DNA of 64,000 nucleotides from Albugo candida (Eukaryota): NCBI GenBank assembly GCA_040437565.1, contig JBDOQK010000005.1, positions 558,001 to 622,000 of the forward strand, read 5' to 3'. Shown piece by piece: positions 43,401 to 56,700 of this stretch (position 1 is its first letter; each line of letters starts with the position of its first letter). The notes under the pieces were generated by a model. It saw only the letters and a program-made list of their open reading frames with translations, ran no database searches and was not told where the DNA came from. The position numbers and the translations under genes were made by a program.

Positions 43401-46400
43401 ATGGTCTATTATCTTCAAATGACCCATCAAGTCGGCACATCTTTGTGACACGAGAGGGAGACGGCTCAGCAGCCTGGGGATACGGTTATGAGTATCGAAT
43501 ACACTTTGCAGGCTCGATCAGAGGTGGTGACAGTCCAGTACTGGGTGACGTACCAGCGCTTCGTATCATCAATGTCGGAAAAAATCCTTGCTTGGGGTTG
43601 CTCACAGGACCCAGGGAACCTAGAGTGGCCATTGAATTAGAGACTATCAGAAATGGGGTATCCTCGTATTCTTACGAAATAAATTATCTTGAGTACGATA
43701 AACAAAGTGCGTCCAAGAGTTTGCTCGAAGTCACCACCTCCACTTGCTCAACAACTAATTGGGTACACACGGGGGGCAATAGTCGAACTATAAAGACAAA
43801 ACAGACTTCTTTTGGTGGCAGTCCAAGTGTACAACAAATCTTTATTAGCGACAGTACAATAGCTACAAAAAAGTTCAAGCTCTCGCTGGATGGCACTTCG
43901 ACTGTACATTGCTTACCATTTGATGTTACTACCCTGAACCTTGTTCAGGCACTGGAAAGCATCTCTTTTATAGGATTGAATGGAGTCAACGTGTTGAGAG
44001 ACTTCGATGCCGAGATCTCACCACTTGGAACCTTATTTCTGGTCACTTTCATAGGTGATCAAGTCACAGGTCGTTTACCTCTACTTCAAGTTGTTCTTTA
44101 TGACGTGACATGTCAGACGGCATTCTCTTTCTTGGGCAACACCATCAGCACTACCTCTATACTTGAAGGCGGGCAGCATCCCAACTATTTTGTTATTTCC
44201 AAACTATATGAAGGTGATCAGCCAGGCCTACATGTTGCATATAATGTTCCTCAGATATTTTCCGTGCAGAACACAGCTTCCGAAATTCAGCAAATTGTTG
44301 TCACCACAACGTCTTCTTCCGGATTTTCAGCTGGAGATGCGTATAAGCTACAACTTGGAAGTACTTTCACAACTCCCTTCATCTCTTGGAATGCTCAAGA
44401 AGAAGATTTTGAGACCGCGTTAGGTGTGAATGGTGGTTTTACCAATTCTCGTTCCGCATTTACGGTGACAAGACGCAAAGATGGAGTCCTAGCACCATAC
44501 GGCTTCGTCTACACAATATATTTTAATGATCCCACTTTGACCGGAAACCAACCACTACTCACAGTGCCAACCTTGTCCACAAACTTTGGCTCTGGAAGCG
44601 GCATGGTCATTCCCACTGTCTTAGTTGACGGATTTGGTACTGAATTTGATGGAAGGTTGAGTCCTAACACGATTCCGTTGTCGTTACCAGATGAACCAAA
44701 ACAGTATGCGACATACCTGGCAGATGATTCAATACAGAAAATCTACAAAGTGAACGGTTTTCTATGGAATATAAGATTCAGTTCGTCGATAGGAGACATT
44801 CCTTGTTTGGAGGGTGTGCTTTCTTCGCCGAGTGAGACGAAGCTCTTGATCACGGATAACCTTGTACGAGGTAAAAAGTCAACAATGTACGAGATATCGC
44901 ACCTTTTGCCTGGAATACCTTATTATGTCAGAGTTGCTGCGAGTAACGAACTTGGCCTTGGGCAACTCTCAGTCACAAAGCGTGCGATGCCAAGTGGAAT
45001 ACCCGCAGCAGTATCCAAAGTACAATCTGGACCTGCTCTATTCGTATCGGAGGTTCAAGCTGTTCAGACAGCAGCCACTTATATCAATGAGATACAAAGT
45101 ATATCCACTACAACTGCTAGAATAATTGAGATTCAGACTTTACAAACTCGTATCTCGGGGTCCTTCATGAGCAATTGCTTGGATGGAGCTTGTATCAAAG
45201 GCTCCATAGCGTTCAGAATTCCAAGTGTACAAACGATCACGGTTACTTCCTCTGCTCCGTTTCGTGGTGAGTATGTAGTTTCTTTTATACGTCACGTTGC
45301 AGATAGCAATTCGATTAATGCTGGTCAATTCGTTGTTCTTGGGAGTGTCATTGATACAATCCCTATTTCGTGGAATGCAGCTGCTGATGACTTGAAGGAT
45401 AAATTGGTGCAGCTTTCAGCATTGAACACTGACGATATCGTGGTTACGCGAGATGGAGATGGTACGCTTGCGTCTGATTATGGATATACATATTCAGTCA
45501 CTTTTGTTGGAAACAATGTTGCGGGCCAAACTCAACTCATGAAAACTTCAGTGTATCCTGATTGTGCAACTTGTGATGCGCTCCTGACAGTAACAGGTGA
45601 TGCAGTGTCGCCTCCAACAGTATCAATGAATGAAAATATAGCAATGGGAAGTGATATCGCAATACAACGAGTATTTGTGGCGGCAGATAAACCGATCACT
45701 ACAGGAGCCTTCTATCTTACTTTTACGCATCTTGGAGCTTCCAAGACCACCACTTGTATTGAATATGACGCACCAGCACGAGAAGTAAACGATGCCTATC
45801 AAAATTCGGTCGAGTTCATATTAGAAAACCTGCCAAATGTAGACGATGTATACGTCACGCGTTCGGCTGATCCTTCACAAGCACCTAATGGATTNNNNNN
45901 NNNNNNNNNNNNNNNNNNNNNNNNNNNNNNNNNNNNNNNNNNNNNNNNNNNNNNNNNNNNNNNNNNNNNNNNNNNNNNNNNNNNNNNNNNNNNNGTTGCA
46001 GATAGCAATTCGATTAATGCTGGTCAATTCGTTGTTCTTGGGAGTGTCATTGATACAATCCCTATTTCGTGGAATGCAGCTGCTGATGACTTGAAGGATA
46101 AATTGGTGCAGCTTTCAGCATTGAACACTGACGATATCGTGGTTACGCGAGATGGAGATGGTACGCTTGCGTCTGATTATGGATATACATATTCAGTCAC
46201 TTTTGTTGGAAACAATGTTGCGGGCCAAACTCAACTCATGAAAACTTCAGTGTATCCTGATTGTGCAACTTGTGATGCGCTCCTGACAGTAACAGGTGAT
46301 GCAGTGTCGCCTCCAACAGTATCAATGAATGAAAATATAGCAATGGGAAGTGATATCGCAATACAACGAGTATTTGTGGCGGCAGATAAACCGATCACTA

Positions 46401-49400
46401 CAGGAGCCTTCTATCTTACTTTTACGCATCTTGGAGCTTCCAAGACCACCACTTGTATTGAATATGACGCACCAGCACGAGAAGTAAACGATGCCTATCA
46501 AAATTCGGTCGAGTTCATATTAGAAAACCTGCCAAATGTAGACGATGTATACGTCACGCGTTCGGCTGATCCTTCACAAGCACCTAATGGATTTTACTAT
46601 GATATATACTTTCTTGGAAACGGTGTGTATGGCGACATCATGAGATTGGACATCGCTGAATGTCCATCGTCACCTTTTAGAACATCAATTGACTCGCAGC
46701 TTTACCCCACTAATGCACTTCTGAGTGTCATCATGATCGACTATGGAGGCTATAATCCAGCTAATACTTTTGTTTCTGCTGGTGCGGGTACAGCAGAGCA
46801 ATTACAGAAAGATCTGAATCAGCTCCCAATGTTTGGTAACATCAAAGTCACACGATCACTCTCAGATGCAGAAGGGGGATTTGTTTGGACCGTCGCGTAT
46901 GGAGTTGAAAATGATAACGTTCCTCAGTTTATTTGTGGAGCTGATGCAACATTTCAAGCTCTTAGTGATGCTTTTTGTGAGACGTCAACCCTGGTGGATG
47001 GAAATGTAGTAGCTGGTTCTTTCATTCTTGAAACATCGAGTCTGATACCATTTGATGCGAGTTCAGCAACTATGGAAGCCGAACTAGAACGAATTGGCTG
47101 GATCGGGGATGTTCACGTCGAAAGATTTTCTCTCTCACCACAACATGGATACACATGGATGGTAACTTTTGTAGAGTTTGAAGGAGATGCACCAATGCTT
47201 CAAGCTACTAATCTTCTTCTCGGAACTGGGAGCACGGTAGTCATTGATGAAGCGCGTAAAGGGAATGGAATAAATGGAAGTTTTAGGCTTTCTTTCAAAG
47301 GTTCCTGGACGGCACCCATCACTGCAAACGCTCCTGCCAATTCTGCAGAATCTCGGTATGATGGCTCATCCATGCAAGAAAAACTAGAAGCACTTACGAG
47401 CATAGGGAAGCTTCAAGTAGAGAGATCAGCATACTCTGTTGATTCGGAAGGGGGATATCGCTGGCTGATAACGTTTTGCGACAACGTTGTTAATTCGGGA
47501 GATCTACCTTCCCTGAAAGCAGATTTTCAAAATCTTACCGGTACAGGTGCTCTTGTCTCTGTCGAAGAAGTTTTGAAAGGATCAAAAGCAGTAGGAAATC
47601 AGGTCTGGCTCTCTTTTGAGCCTCCCATAACATACCGAGGAGCTCCCATTACAAAGTATCAAGTGAGGTGGGATACAACACCGACATTTTCTTCCACCGC
47701 TACTAAAGAACTTTATATCGATGACCCGGCGCTACTAAATTACAAGCAAACTATCGTAATTGGAGCACCAAGCTTAGCTTGGTCAAGTCAGAGACTTCAG
47801 GAACGAGCAGAAATTCAGACTTTAACAATTGGGTCTTCTGGTGCGTTTAGCCTTTTCTTTCGAGGAGAAAAAACTCCCTCTTTCACTGTCAGCACTAGTA
47901 CAACGTCCGATATCTCATTGGCTCTGTCAAATCTGCTATCAATATCGTTTGTCACTATCTCACCAGAAGCGGCTTTGCTTGTGCCTGGTCTGGAAGCCTC
48001 CATCACATTTACGAACGAAATTGGCGATCTACCTCTATTGGGTACTGATAATCCTGATGCTGCAAGCATCACCGAAAGACAACGCGGTGTGACAAATTTT
48101 CGAAAAGAGGTCAATGTTTTCAAATGTAGTGCTGCAAGCGGTTCCATTCAGTTCCAGACAAAAATGGCAGTAGGATTCTCAGGCCAGTCTCGCAGCATAT
48201 CCGTTGCCTCGAGTACCTCACTTTCAGGGTTACAAACTGCACTTCACACACTTTTCAATGTAGAGAAGACATCGATTACGGTAACGAGCTTGCAAAACCT
48301 TTTGTGTGCATCACCAGCTCCCGCACCAGTAATCATCACATTCCATCGACTTTATGGTGATATTGATCTAACAATATTCTATGGAAGTACGGACCTGGCC
48401 TTTTACGAAGCCAACATTGATGGAGTCTATCCTGACATGTTCGGAGCAACAAGCGGCACATTCCAAGTTGGCTACCAGGGCGCTTTCACACGATCCTTGG
48501 ATTCAAATTTACAACATCGAGATATGAGGCTTGCTTTGGAAAGTCTTGATACAATACAAACAGTTCATGTGACCAGAGAATACGCGGCGTGGTTTATCCA
48601 AGATGTCGGTACTGTGGATGCTAATCAGGGCCAGATTTATGTGACTTGCTCGAGAAGTGCGACATGCAAATTCAAGCAAGCAATGTATGGGGTTCCGGGC
48701 TGCCTCATCAAAATTGGCGGTAATTGGTATACGATAAGATCCGATACTGATTCCACTCAGGGATTGAGCTCTTCAAGACTATACTTGGGGGACATGAATG
48801 GAAGAGAAATTGGTTATATCGCGCAAAGCGCTAGAAATATTAGCGTTTATGAGTGGATCAGAGGTTATAATTATCGTGTTTCCATGTTGCAAGTNNNNNN
48901 NNNNNNNNNNNNNNNNNNNNNNNNNNNNNNNNNNNNNNNNNNNNNNNNNNNNNNNNNNNNNNNNNNNNNNNNNNNNNNNNNNNNNNNNNNNNNNTTGATA
49001 CAATACAAACAGTTCATGTGACCAGAGAATACGCGGCGTGGTTTATCCAAGATGTCGGTACTGTGGATGCTAATCAGGGCCAGATTTATGTGACTTGCTC
49101 GAGAAGTGCGACATGCAAATTCAAGCAAGCAATGTATGGGGTTCCGGGCTGCCTCATCAAAATTGGCGGTAATTGGTATACGATAAGATCCGATACTGAT
49201 TCCACTCAGGGATTGAGCTCTTCAAGACTATACTTGGGGGACATGAATGGAAGAGAAATTGGTTATATCGCGCAAAGCGCTAGAAATATTAGCGTTTATG
49301 AGTGGATCAGAGGTTATAATTATCGTGTTTCCATGTTGCAAGTAAAAGAACCGATTTTGCCATTACAAATGAAAAAGCCGAGGCTTACTCCACACGATGC

Positions 49401-52400
49401 ATTTGTACGAATTGATGGTCGGCCTTGTCACAAATGCCATTATATTCCGACGAAAGCGGTAGATAACTTGATGATCGGACAGCTTCTATACGTTGACGTG
49501 CATGCTTACAATATAAATGGTCGAGGAGAAGATGGAGTTACCGCACTGGTCACACCTAATCAGATTCCCGATCCTCCCATGAACGTTGAGCTCCGTGTTC
49601 TCTCCAGTAAGGAAATACAAGTTTTTTTCTCTCCTCCGGCAATTTCGACTAGCATCATGAGTTCGAATCTCAACAAAGATATCTCTTCCTATTTGATACA
49701 GTATGATACGAACGATAAATTCATGCACGGCCGCGAGGTATGCTCAAAATGTGCGACAGCTTTAAGTGGCTCCGCTCTTACAACAACGACATCCTTACAA
49801 TCGAAGTTCGATAATACTCTCAATCAGTTCTGGATAGGACAAGACTCCGATTGTGTGTTAACTGTCATTTCCGTTCCAACCTCTACCCGTGTGAATGTTA
49901 ATCTTGGCCTTGGGTGTAGGCGTTTGTTTTTCACCGGAATGAATTTTTCCCTGTACTTCCATAGAGGCAAACCTGCCATTTTGTCTGGGGGAGCTTTGAC
50001 AGGCACACCTCCGTTCACACATATTCTCTCTGGCCTTATTGGGATGCAAACCTACTATGTTCGAATAGCAGCTGTGAACTCGATTCCGGTACAACAGATA
50101 TCTTACTCCGGAGATCCACCAGATAATCGTAAATGGTCCTCTCCAATTTCAGCAATGACGAAAGACAACGTACCAGATAATCCGATCACCGTGGTGCTTA
50201 ACGCTTTCTCGGGGTCAATCATGGAAGTGCAGATTCAGCCACCCACACAAGACGGAAAAGGAACAGGGGGACTTTCCATAACTCATTACTGGATTGATAT
50301 CGATGAAATAGCGACATTCAACTCCACAGGGAAATCATCCCCGGCGCTTATCAGTGTGAACTCGCTCTCATCTATATACCCTGGTGGACCTCTTCTCCAT
50401 TACATAACTGGCCTTGACACAGCCGTACAATATTATGTGCAAGTAAAAGCAATGAACTCGATAGGATATAGCCGTTCCACCCAGGCTTCCAACTCTGTAA
50501 CTTTGGTAAAAATGAATTCCGGGCCACAAGAAGTAAGCATACATTTTCCTTCCTACTCATTGAGTCAGAATGAATCTGGCAAAGCCGTCACTACTGCAAC
50601 GATATCGTGGAAACCACCTATCGATGATGGCGGTAGCGATATTGAATCATACATTGTGGAATGGTGGAAACTGGAAGGGCGGCATGAAGTTCAGTTATTA
50701 CAGATAAGTTGGCAAGTAGATCCGGTCAATGTAGTTCTCTTTCGGGTTGCTTTCGGAGGAGTCATGAGTGGATATCTTCCTTATGATGTTCAGCCGGAAA
50801 ATCTGCGCAGTGCGTTAATGAACCTTTACCTTAATGGGAATCCAGTAATTGGTCATGTTCGTGTAACGAGGACGATGAATCGTGATAGGAAGGGATACGA
50901 GTGGCTGATCACATTCTTGGCCGATCAAAATTTCGGAGACCAACCGTTGATACAGCTCTCTTATCCACAGAACAGCGGTATCAACGGAAGAATATATGAT
51001 ATAACGTCAGGTGTGTCTACTCCAACCACTGCTGACTTTCCTGGCAAGCCAGAAGTGCAAGTGCTAGTCATTTCTGGTTTGTCGCCACCAACTGGATACT
51101 TCCGTCTAAGTTTTCGCGGCTCACAGTGGACTAATTATGTTCCAGCTACAGCAGATGATAGCATTCTTAAAACTGCATTGCAACAATTACCAAGCGTAGG
51201 GCGAGTAAGTGTCTCTCGTTCCGTTTTCTTGGGGTCCAACAGCTACATCTGGAAGATCACCTTTGAAACAAATGTTGGCGATCAGCCTCCATTTGTCATT
51301 GATCGGTCCAAAATACATCCAGATAGCACATTTATCGGCATCAAGGACGGAGAAAATGCAGTTACAAGCACTGGAGAACGATGTCTTCCGGGGGATGATC
51401 CACTCACCTGCCCAGGAAGCTGGAACGGTTATTCTACAAATATCGCCGGCATGGCAATAATCGGTGAATCTCCAATAGATTATAAAAGTCATCAGACCGC
51501 AACTTCAAGTGTCTTAACGTACCAGGTATCCAAACTCAAACCTGGTAGCACCTATCATGTTACTGTGAGCGCAAAAACTGCGATCGGAGTAGGACCACGC
51601 GTTAGTGCATTTCCAGCCCCACTTATCCCACCGCTACGAGTTCCAGCCCCTCCAAAAGATGTTATGGTTGATGTCAACCCCGGGTCAACTACTCAGCTTA
51701 TAACAAAATGGGAGTCTCCGGACAATGATGGAGGAGCAGAAGTCCAAATGTATCGTGTTCAATTTGATTCTTCTCCTCGATTCAATGGAAATCGAGGGGA
51801 GGAAAACGTTTGGTGTCCCACGGCACCCAAATTAGCCGTTTGGAGTGTTCAGACTGCACGGGTTGACAATACAGTTGCAAACCCGATCAGTAAAGGATAC
51901 TTCCAGCTCGAGCTTCGACGGGACTTGAAAATTTTCCCGTCCGAGCCTATTCCGTGGAATGCAGTTTCAATGGCAAAAGAGGAGGTCGGATCAGGGACTT
52001 TTTCTCAATCCAAAGTATTTTGCACGATTTGTTCAGCTTGTACTGATACCTGCGATAGTAGCGCAGTGCCACCAGTGTTCTTGAAGCGCGAATCATCAGG
52101 ATCAATGCAGTCAAAATTAGAACACATTTTTGCATTATCGGTAGGTGTTCATGTAGACACTGCTATACCCAATCCAAGCGGTGATGGTGGGTACAAGTGG
52201 ATAATTACTTTTCTCGATGCAGGTGATGACTTCGCTTTACTACCAGGCACAAATGCCCTGTACGATTCTTCAAATAATGGTGGCGCAGGATTATACTCTG
52301 TCACCACGACGAAGCTTGTTGCTGGTGTCTATCCCGGACCGTGCACAGGAGCTCATTCGATTCCGAGTAGCGGAATTCTCAACAAAGGACAATTTTATCA

Positions 52401-53547
52401 CATGCGTGTTTTCGCCTATAATCAGGTCGGATTCTCACAACCAACATCTGCGTTATATCCACAGAAACCGATGGTTGTTCCCGGTCTTCCAACAGGTGTC
52501 ACAACAAGAGTGTCTAGTGCGTCTCAGTTGCAAATTGTTTTCAGCGATCCAGATGATGATGGAGGAGATAAGATTATTGAATATCTGGTGGAATATGCCA
52601 CAACTATTTATTTTTCCGATGCGAAAAATGTATCTGTCACTTTCCTACAAAATGGTCCACCATACTCTAGGTTGATTTCAGGTCTTCAGAAAGGAACTTT
52701 CTACTTTATTAGAGTAAGAGCTCGAAACTCGCAAGGTCTCGGTCAAGCACAGATTGCATCTCCAATGTCACTTAATCCTTCGGTAAAACCCGGGCCTCCA
52801 ACTAATGTTGTCGTAGGTGTCACATCTCCTAGTATGCTTACCGTCGGCTGGAATGTACCAGTTGATGATGGTGGTGATGCAATAACCGCATATAGAATTC
52901 AATGGGATGCTAACGCCATGTTTGAAGCCTGGAACCTAGATGCCAATACTGTAGTTGTTACTGACGTATCATCACGATCATACACAATCGGAGGACTTCA
53001 GCATTTAGCAACTTATTACGTTCGAGTGATGGCACAGAACTCATTAGGAGTTGGTACCTCACAATTGGCGTACCCAGGTGGATGGATTCCAACCAGTCAA
53101 CGACCGGGAAAGCCGCATGCTCTCAATGTCGAACGTACCCAGTCCATTGGCGAGCTGCTTGTCTCGTGGCAACCGCCAAGCATTCCTGCTCACGGAATTC
53201 CTTGTGGCGGTTCTTTGGAAGCCCCTTCTTCGTGCGGAACATTAAGTGGCAGCGATGTCGCATTTGGCGGCTCGTATTTTCAAAAATACGAGGTTCAATG
53301 CTCGTCAAGCGCTTCCTTTCCGGTTTCGACAACTGTTGCAATAACCACCACGACAACGAGCACGCTCTTGACTGGATTGTCATCTTCTTTACGCTACTTC
53401 GTTAGGATACTAGCCATCAACTCTGAAGGTCTCCTCAGTGAGTTCTGTCAACGCAAGGACCTTGACGGGTACCATTGCCCAGAAAATCAGATTTCAGCAT
53501 CCAATTCCATCATCACAGGGCCACGTGCATCAGAAGTACCACTGTGA
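28450..53547 (+). CDS. Giant (~7,530 aa) fibronectin-type-III repeat protein with many inserted EVQ...GxFxL...WxITF...GDxP modules
   Basis: ORFs 28450-35838, 35720-49021 and 49018-53547 merge when four gap+overlap blocks (895, 456, 699, 449 nt) are removed, leaving 22,599 nt = 7,533 codons. About 15 FN3 units (PxxP...WxxP..GG.PI..Y.(V/I)EWD...L..G..Y.VRV.A.N..G.G). The 5' end is uncertain; probable acceptor AG at 28509-28510. Confidence 0.88.
34940..36629. repeat. 100-N gap (35735-35834) with a 795-bp duplicated flank; assembly overlap
   Basis: 34940-35734 is repeated from 35835. Confidence 0.9.
40415..41226. repeat. 100-N gap (40771-40870) with a 356-bp duplicated flank; assembly overlap
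   Basis: 40415-40770 is repeated from 40871. Confidence 0.9.
45296..46593. repeat. 100-N gap (45895-45994) with a 599-bp duplicated flank; assembly overlap
   Basis: 45296-45894 is repeated from 45995. Confidence 0.9.
48546..49343. repeat. 100-N gap (48895-48994) with a 349-bp duplicated flank; assembly overlap
   Basis: 48546-48894 is repeated from 48995. Confidence 0.9.
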
Positions 53548-53710
53548 TTGCTCTGTCATGCAAACTTAATGCCGCTGGTATCACGCATTTGCATACCAAC
53601 CACTTGAATTAGGTCGAGTCCATAGCTTCATGGCTAGTATTTGTGTGTTTTGTCATCTTCTAAGATTCAGTCATTTCTGATACCACGTCAGTGCCTCTCT
53701 AATCACATGT

Positions 53711-56700
53711 ATGTCGTTAAATACCTTTATGAATTGGCAGAGTCTGAAGCAACGACATCTTTATTTCTCTGATACCGTTGCTCATCGTGTCATATTTGCT
53801 TCCCTACTATTCACATTGCAATGCTGTGCTCATGTATTGAGCAACGTCTCTCGCGACACGATCTTCCTACGGTCATATCAAGCCACAAACATTTCCTCTC
53901 TCACACTGTTTCTCTCATGTACTATCGCGATTATAATGAGCGAATCTCATGCTATACTCATGCGAATAGTGAGGATTCTCATGCCAAACAACCCAGCATG
54001 TCGCACCCGAAAACTCTCTCAACTTCTTGATACAACGTCTACAAAAAAAAATACAGGAAAGCAAGAGCAAAAGTGTACAAGCGACTCGACCTATTTGAAT
54101 TGGATCACCTCAAGAGATGAAAACCGTGCCAAGTTGTACATGTATCCTTTGTGTCCTGGAGTCCTTTCCGTTGGCCAAATGATACTTGCATTCTTCTCCC
54201 TCTACTTCCCTGTCTTAAATTCTTATACATCAGTTATGATCTACATTTGGATAGAGATAGCGGCACAACTGATGACTCAACAATTTTGGGATTTCTGTTC
54301 TAGGAATTTCAACGTCACAGAGGCCAAACAGTACTTTGGATTTATCACATTTGGCTCTACATTTGGGAGTCTAATCGCCAGTCTCGTGTTATTACCATTT
54401 TTACAGAAAAGAAACATGGTGGAAGAGTGGAACTTGGTTTTAGCCGCATCCTTACAAGCAATGTTAGCTGGTATTTTATCAGTATATACGTGGCAAAAGG
54501 AAGCGCTTATGCTGTCATCGAGCAACACTGCAGAGATTGCGCGATCTGTCTCTAAAAGTCATGTAAAATCAGCAACAAGGAACCCACGAGTAGCAAGCTC
54601 ACGTTTATGGACTATTATCCCACCAAACATCGCCGTCGAGATTAAAAAGCGAACATATTTACAACACATTTGTATATTTGAGTTTTTCTCAACAATTGTA
54701 CGAGTTCTTGTCGACAACTCCGCCCTTTCGATTTTATCTGAGCAGAAAGAGTCCGACATTAAATCCTCACTTGCAATGATGAGTAGCATTCAAAGCGTTT
54801 TAATGATACCGCTACAGATCGTATCAGGACGGTTTTTTGGTCGATACGGCGTGATGGTTGGTATAAGCTTGCTACCGCTGAGTGTAAGCTTTTACGGGAT
54901 CACGACGCTACTGATCTCGGCTTCCTGTGTCTCCAAACCAACAGGAATTTTGCTTCTAATACTTCATCGTGCGCTATATCTCGCTATATCGCTGGCTATT
55001 TTCAATCCTGCGCGAGAGCTGCTATGGCTTCCTCTTAACGACCGCGAACGCCCACAATTCAAAAGCTTTGTTTATGGTCCTTTTCGATCTATATCACGAA
55101 TCGTTGGTGCCTTGTTTACTATGGTGTTGACTTCCTCGATATGTGTGGGCTATCTCGGTTCTTCTACTTTGAGCATCTTACTTGTTACAATATCCGTGTT
55201 GTGGTTGCTGAATGCGTTGGCAGCTAAGAAGTCGTACGCTATTGAGTTTTACGCCTCATTGAAAAAAGGCTATCTTGATTTACGATCTCACATTATCGAC
55301 TTTACACCTGATCAGGTCAGCACCAGTCTTGTACTTTTACTGGAACGTTCCATTATACTCTTTGTTTGTAGATTGCAGTGGTGAAGGGGACGCTCGCTTC
55401 AGGAGCTCAAGATCAAGTAAATTACGTGCTGAATTCTTTGACTCCATCGCATATAACCATTTTTGCCCAGGTATGTGGCTGAGTCTATGAGAGATTGACT
55501 TGATTATTTTATGATGTGATTCTAGGAGCTTCGAGCTTTATTTTATAGGACGGACCATGAAAACTTTGCGGTGACTCCCTTGAGTATCAAACTTCGCCTT
55601 CTGAAACTACATACACTTGCTAAGAAACAATTCGTTTTGAAAGCTAAAGATTCTTTTGTAATTCCCGATGGAAAGAGTTGCCCGCCGTCTATTTTCAATA
55701 GTATGGACCTGATGCTGCTTGTGGCACAAGACCGACCACAATCAGATTCTGAATGTGACTCCGCGGTTACTGAGCAAAAAAATGGCGGAACTGCGCAGTG
55801 TCCACAGTGGTTTGTGCCTCGACAATTACGAGTGGCCGCTATTCTGGCATGCGGATACGAGATCTTTAGCACTGACAATTTACAGTGCAGAAGGATGTTG
55901 GAGAAACTACTCTCTCAAGAGCGTGAAGACTCAGAAGACAACGCAGTGTCAGTGTGTGCAGCAGTAGCTTTGTTACGTTTAACAGACTGGATGGACGAAC
56001 GCGCAAATATGATTCTTCAGCGTTTATTACACGAGGAGGAAGATCTAGAGGCTCGTGTTATTTGTCTCCGTGTTGTGGGCGAAGAAATACCCGAACTTCT
56101 CGGAGATGGCTTTCTTGTTTATCTGCTGCACCATGAGTCAGAACAAATTGTGCAAGCGACAGTTGAATGCTGCTTGCGCACTTCGCGTCAGTCCCGTATG
56201 CTTATCCCAGCGCTCATACAGCACTTGGGAAAATCATCTGTACAAATTCGCATCGTGAAGTCATTGCAACGATGTGATGCCAGAGCTGTGTGGCTTGCTA
56301 TATCTCGTCATATCGAGGAACTCGTGCAAGATTACTTTGGAAATAGTGCTGCAGCATCACATCCCGAGTTTGGGTATGATCATACACAGGCTGTGCAAAA
56401 GAGAAAGAACCTTATCGGAGCTTTGAAAATTTTGGAGACGATCCAACATCCAGTCGAGCCAAAAGTTGAATTCATTGTTCAGCTATGTCTGAGGATAGTG
56501 AAAAGGGCGACACCAGAAGTTCTTAACACGAAGATGAACTTGCCCATGAATAGCGCACCCTATCAAGGAGATGACCAGGATAATTCACTGAACCCGGATT
56601 ATTTACCTCCTGTGGGTTATCAACAGACTTCTCGAAGCCCAGATTTATTACATCGGCTATTTGGAAGGAACACATCTGTAGTGGAAATGCTGATTGATAC

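Noticed and set aside
28450-53547. Calling the giant protein titin or a receptor
   Set aside because: No I-set Ig, PEVK, kinase or transmembrane segment is visible; only FN3 is shared.
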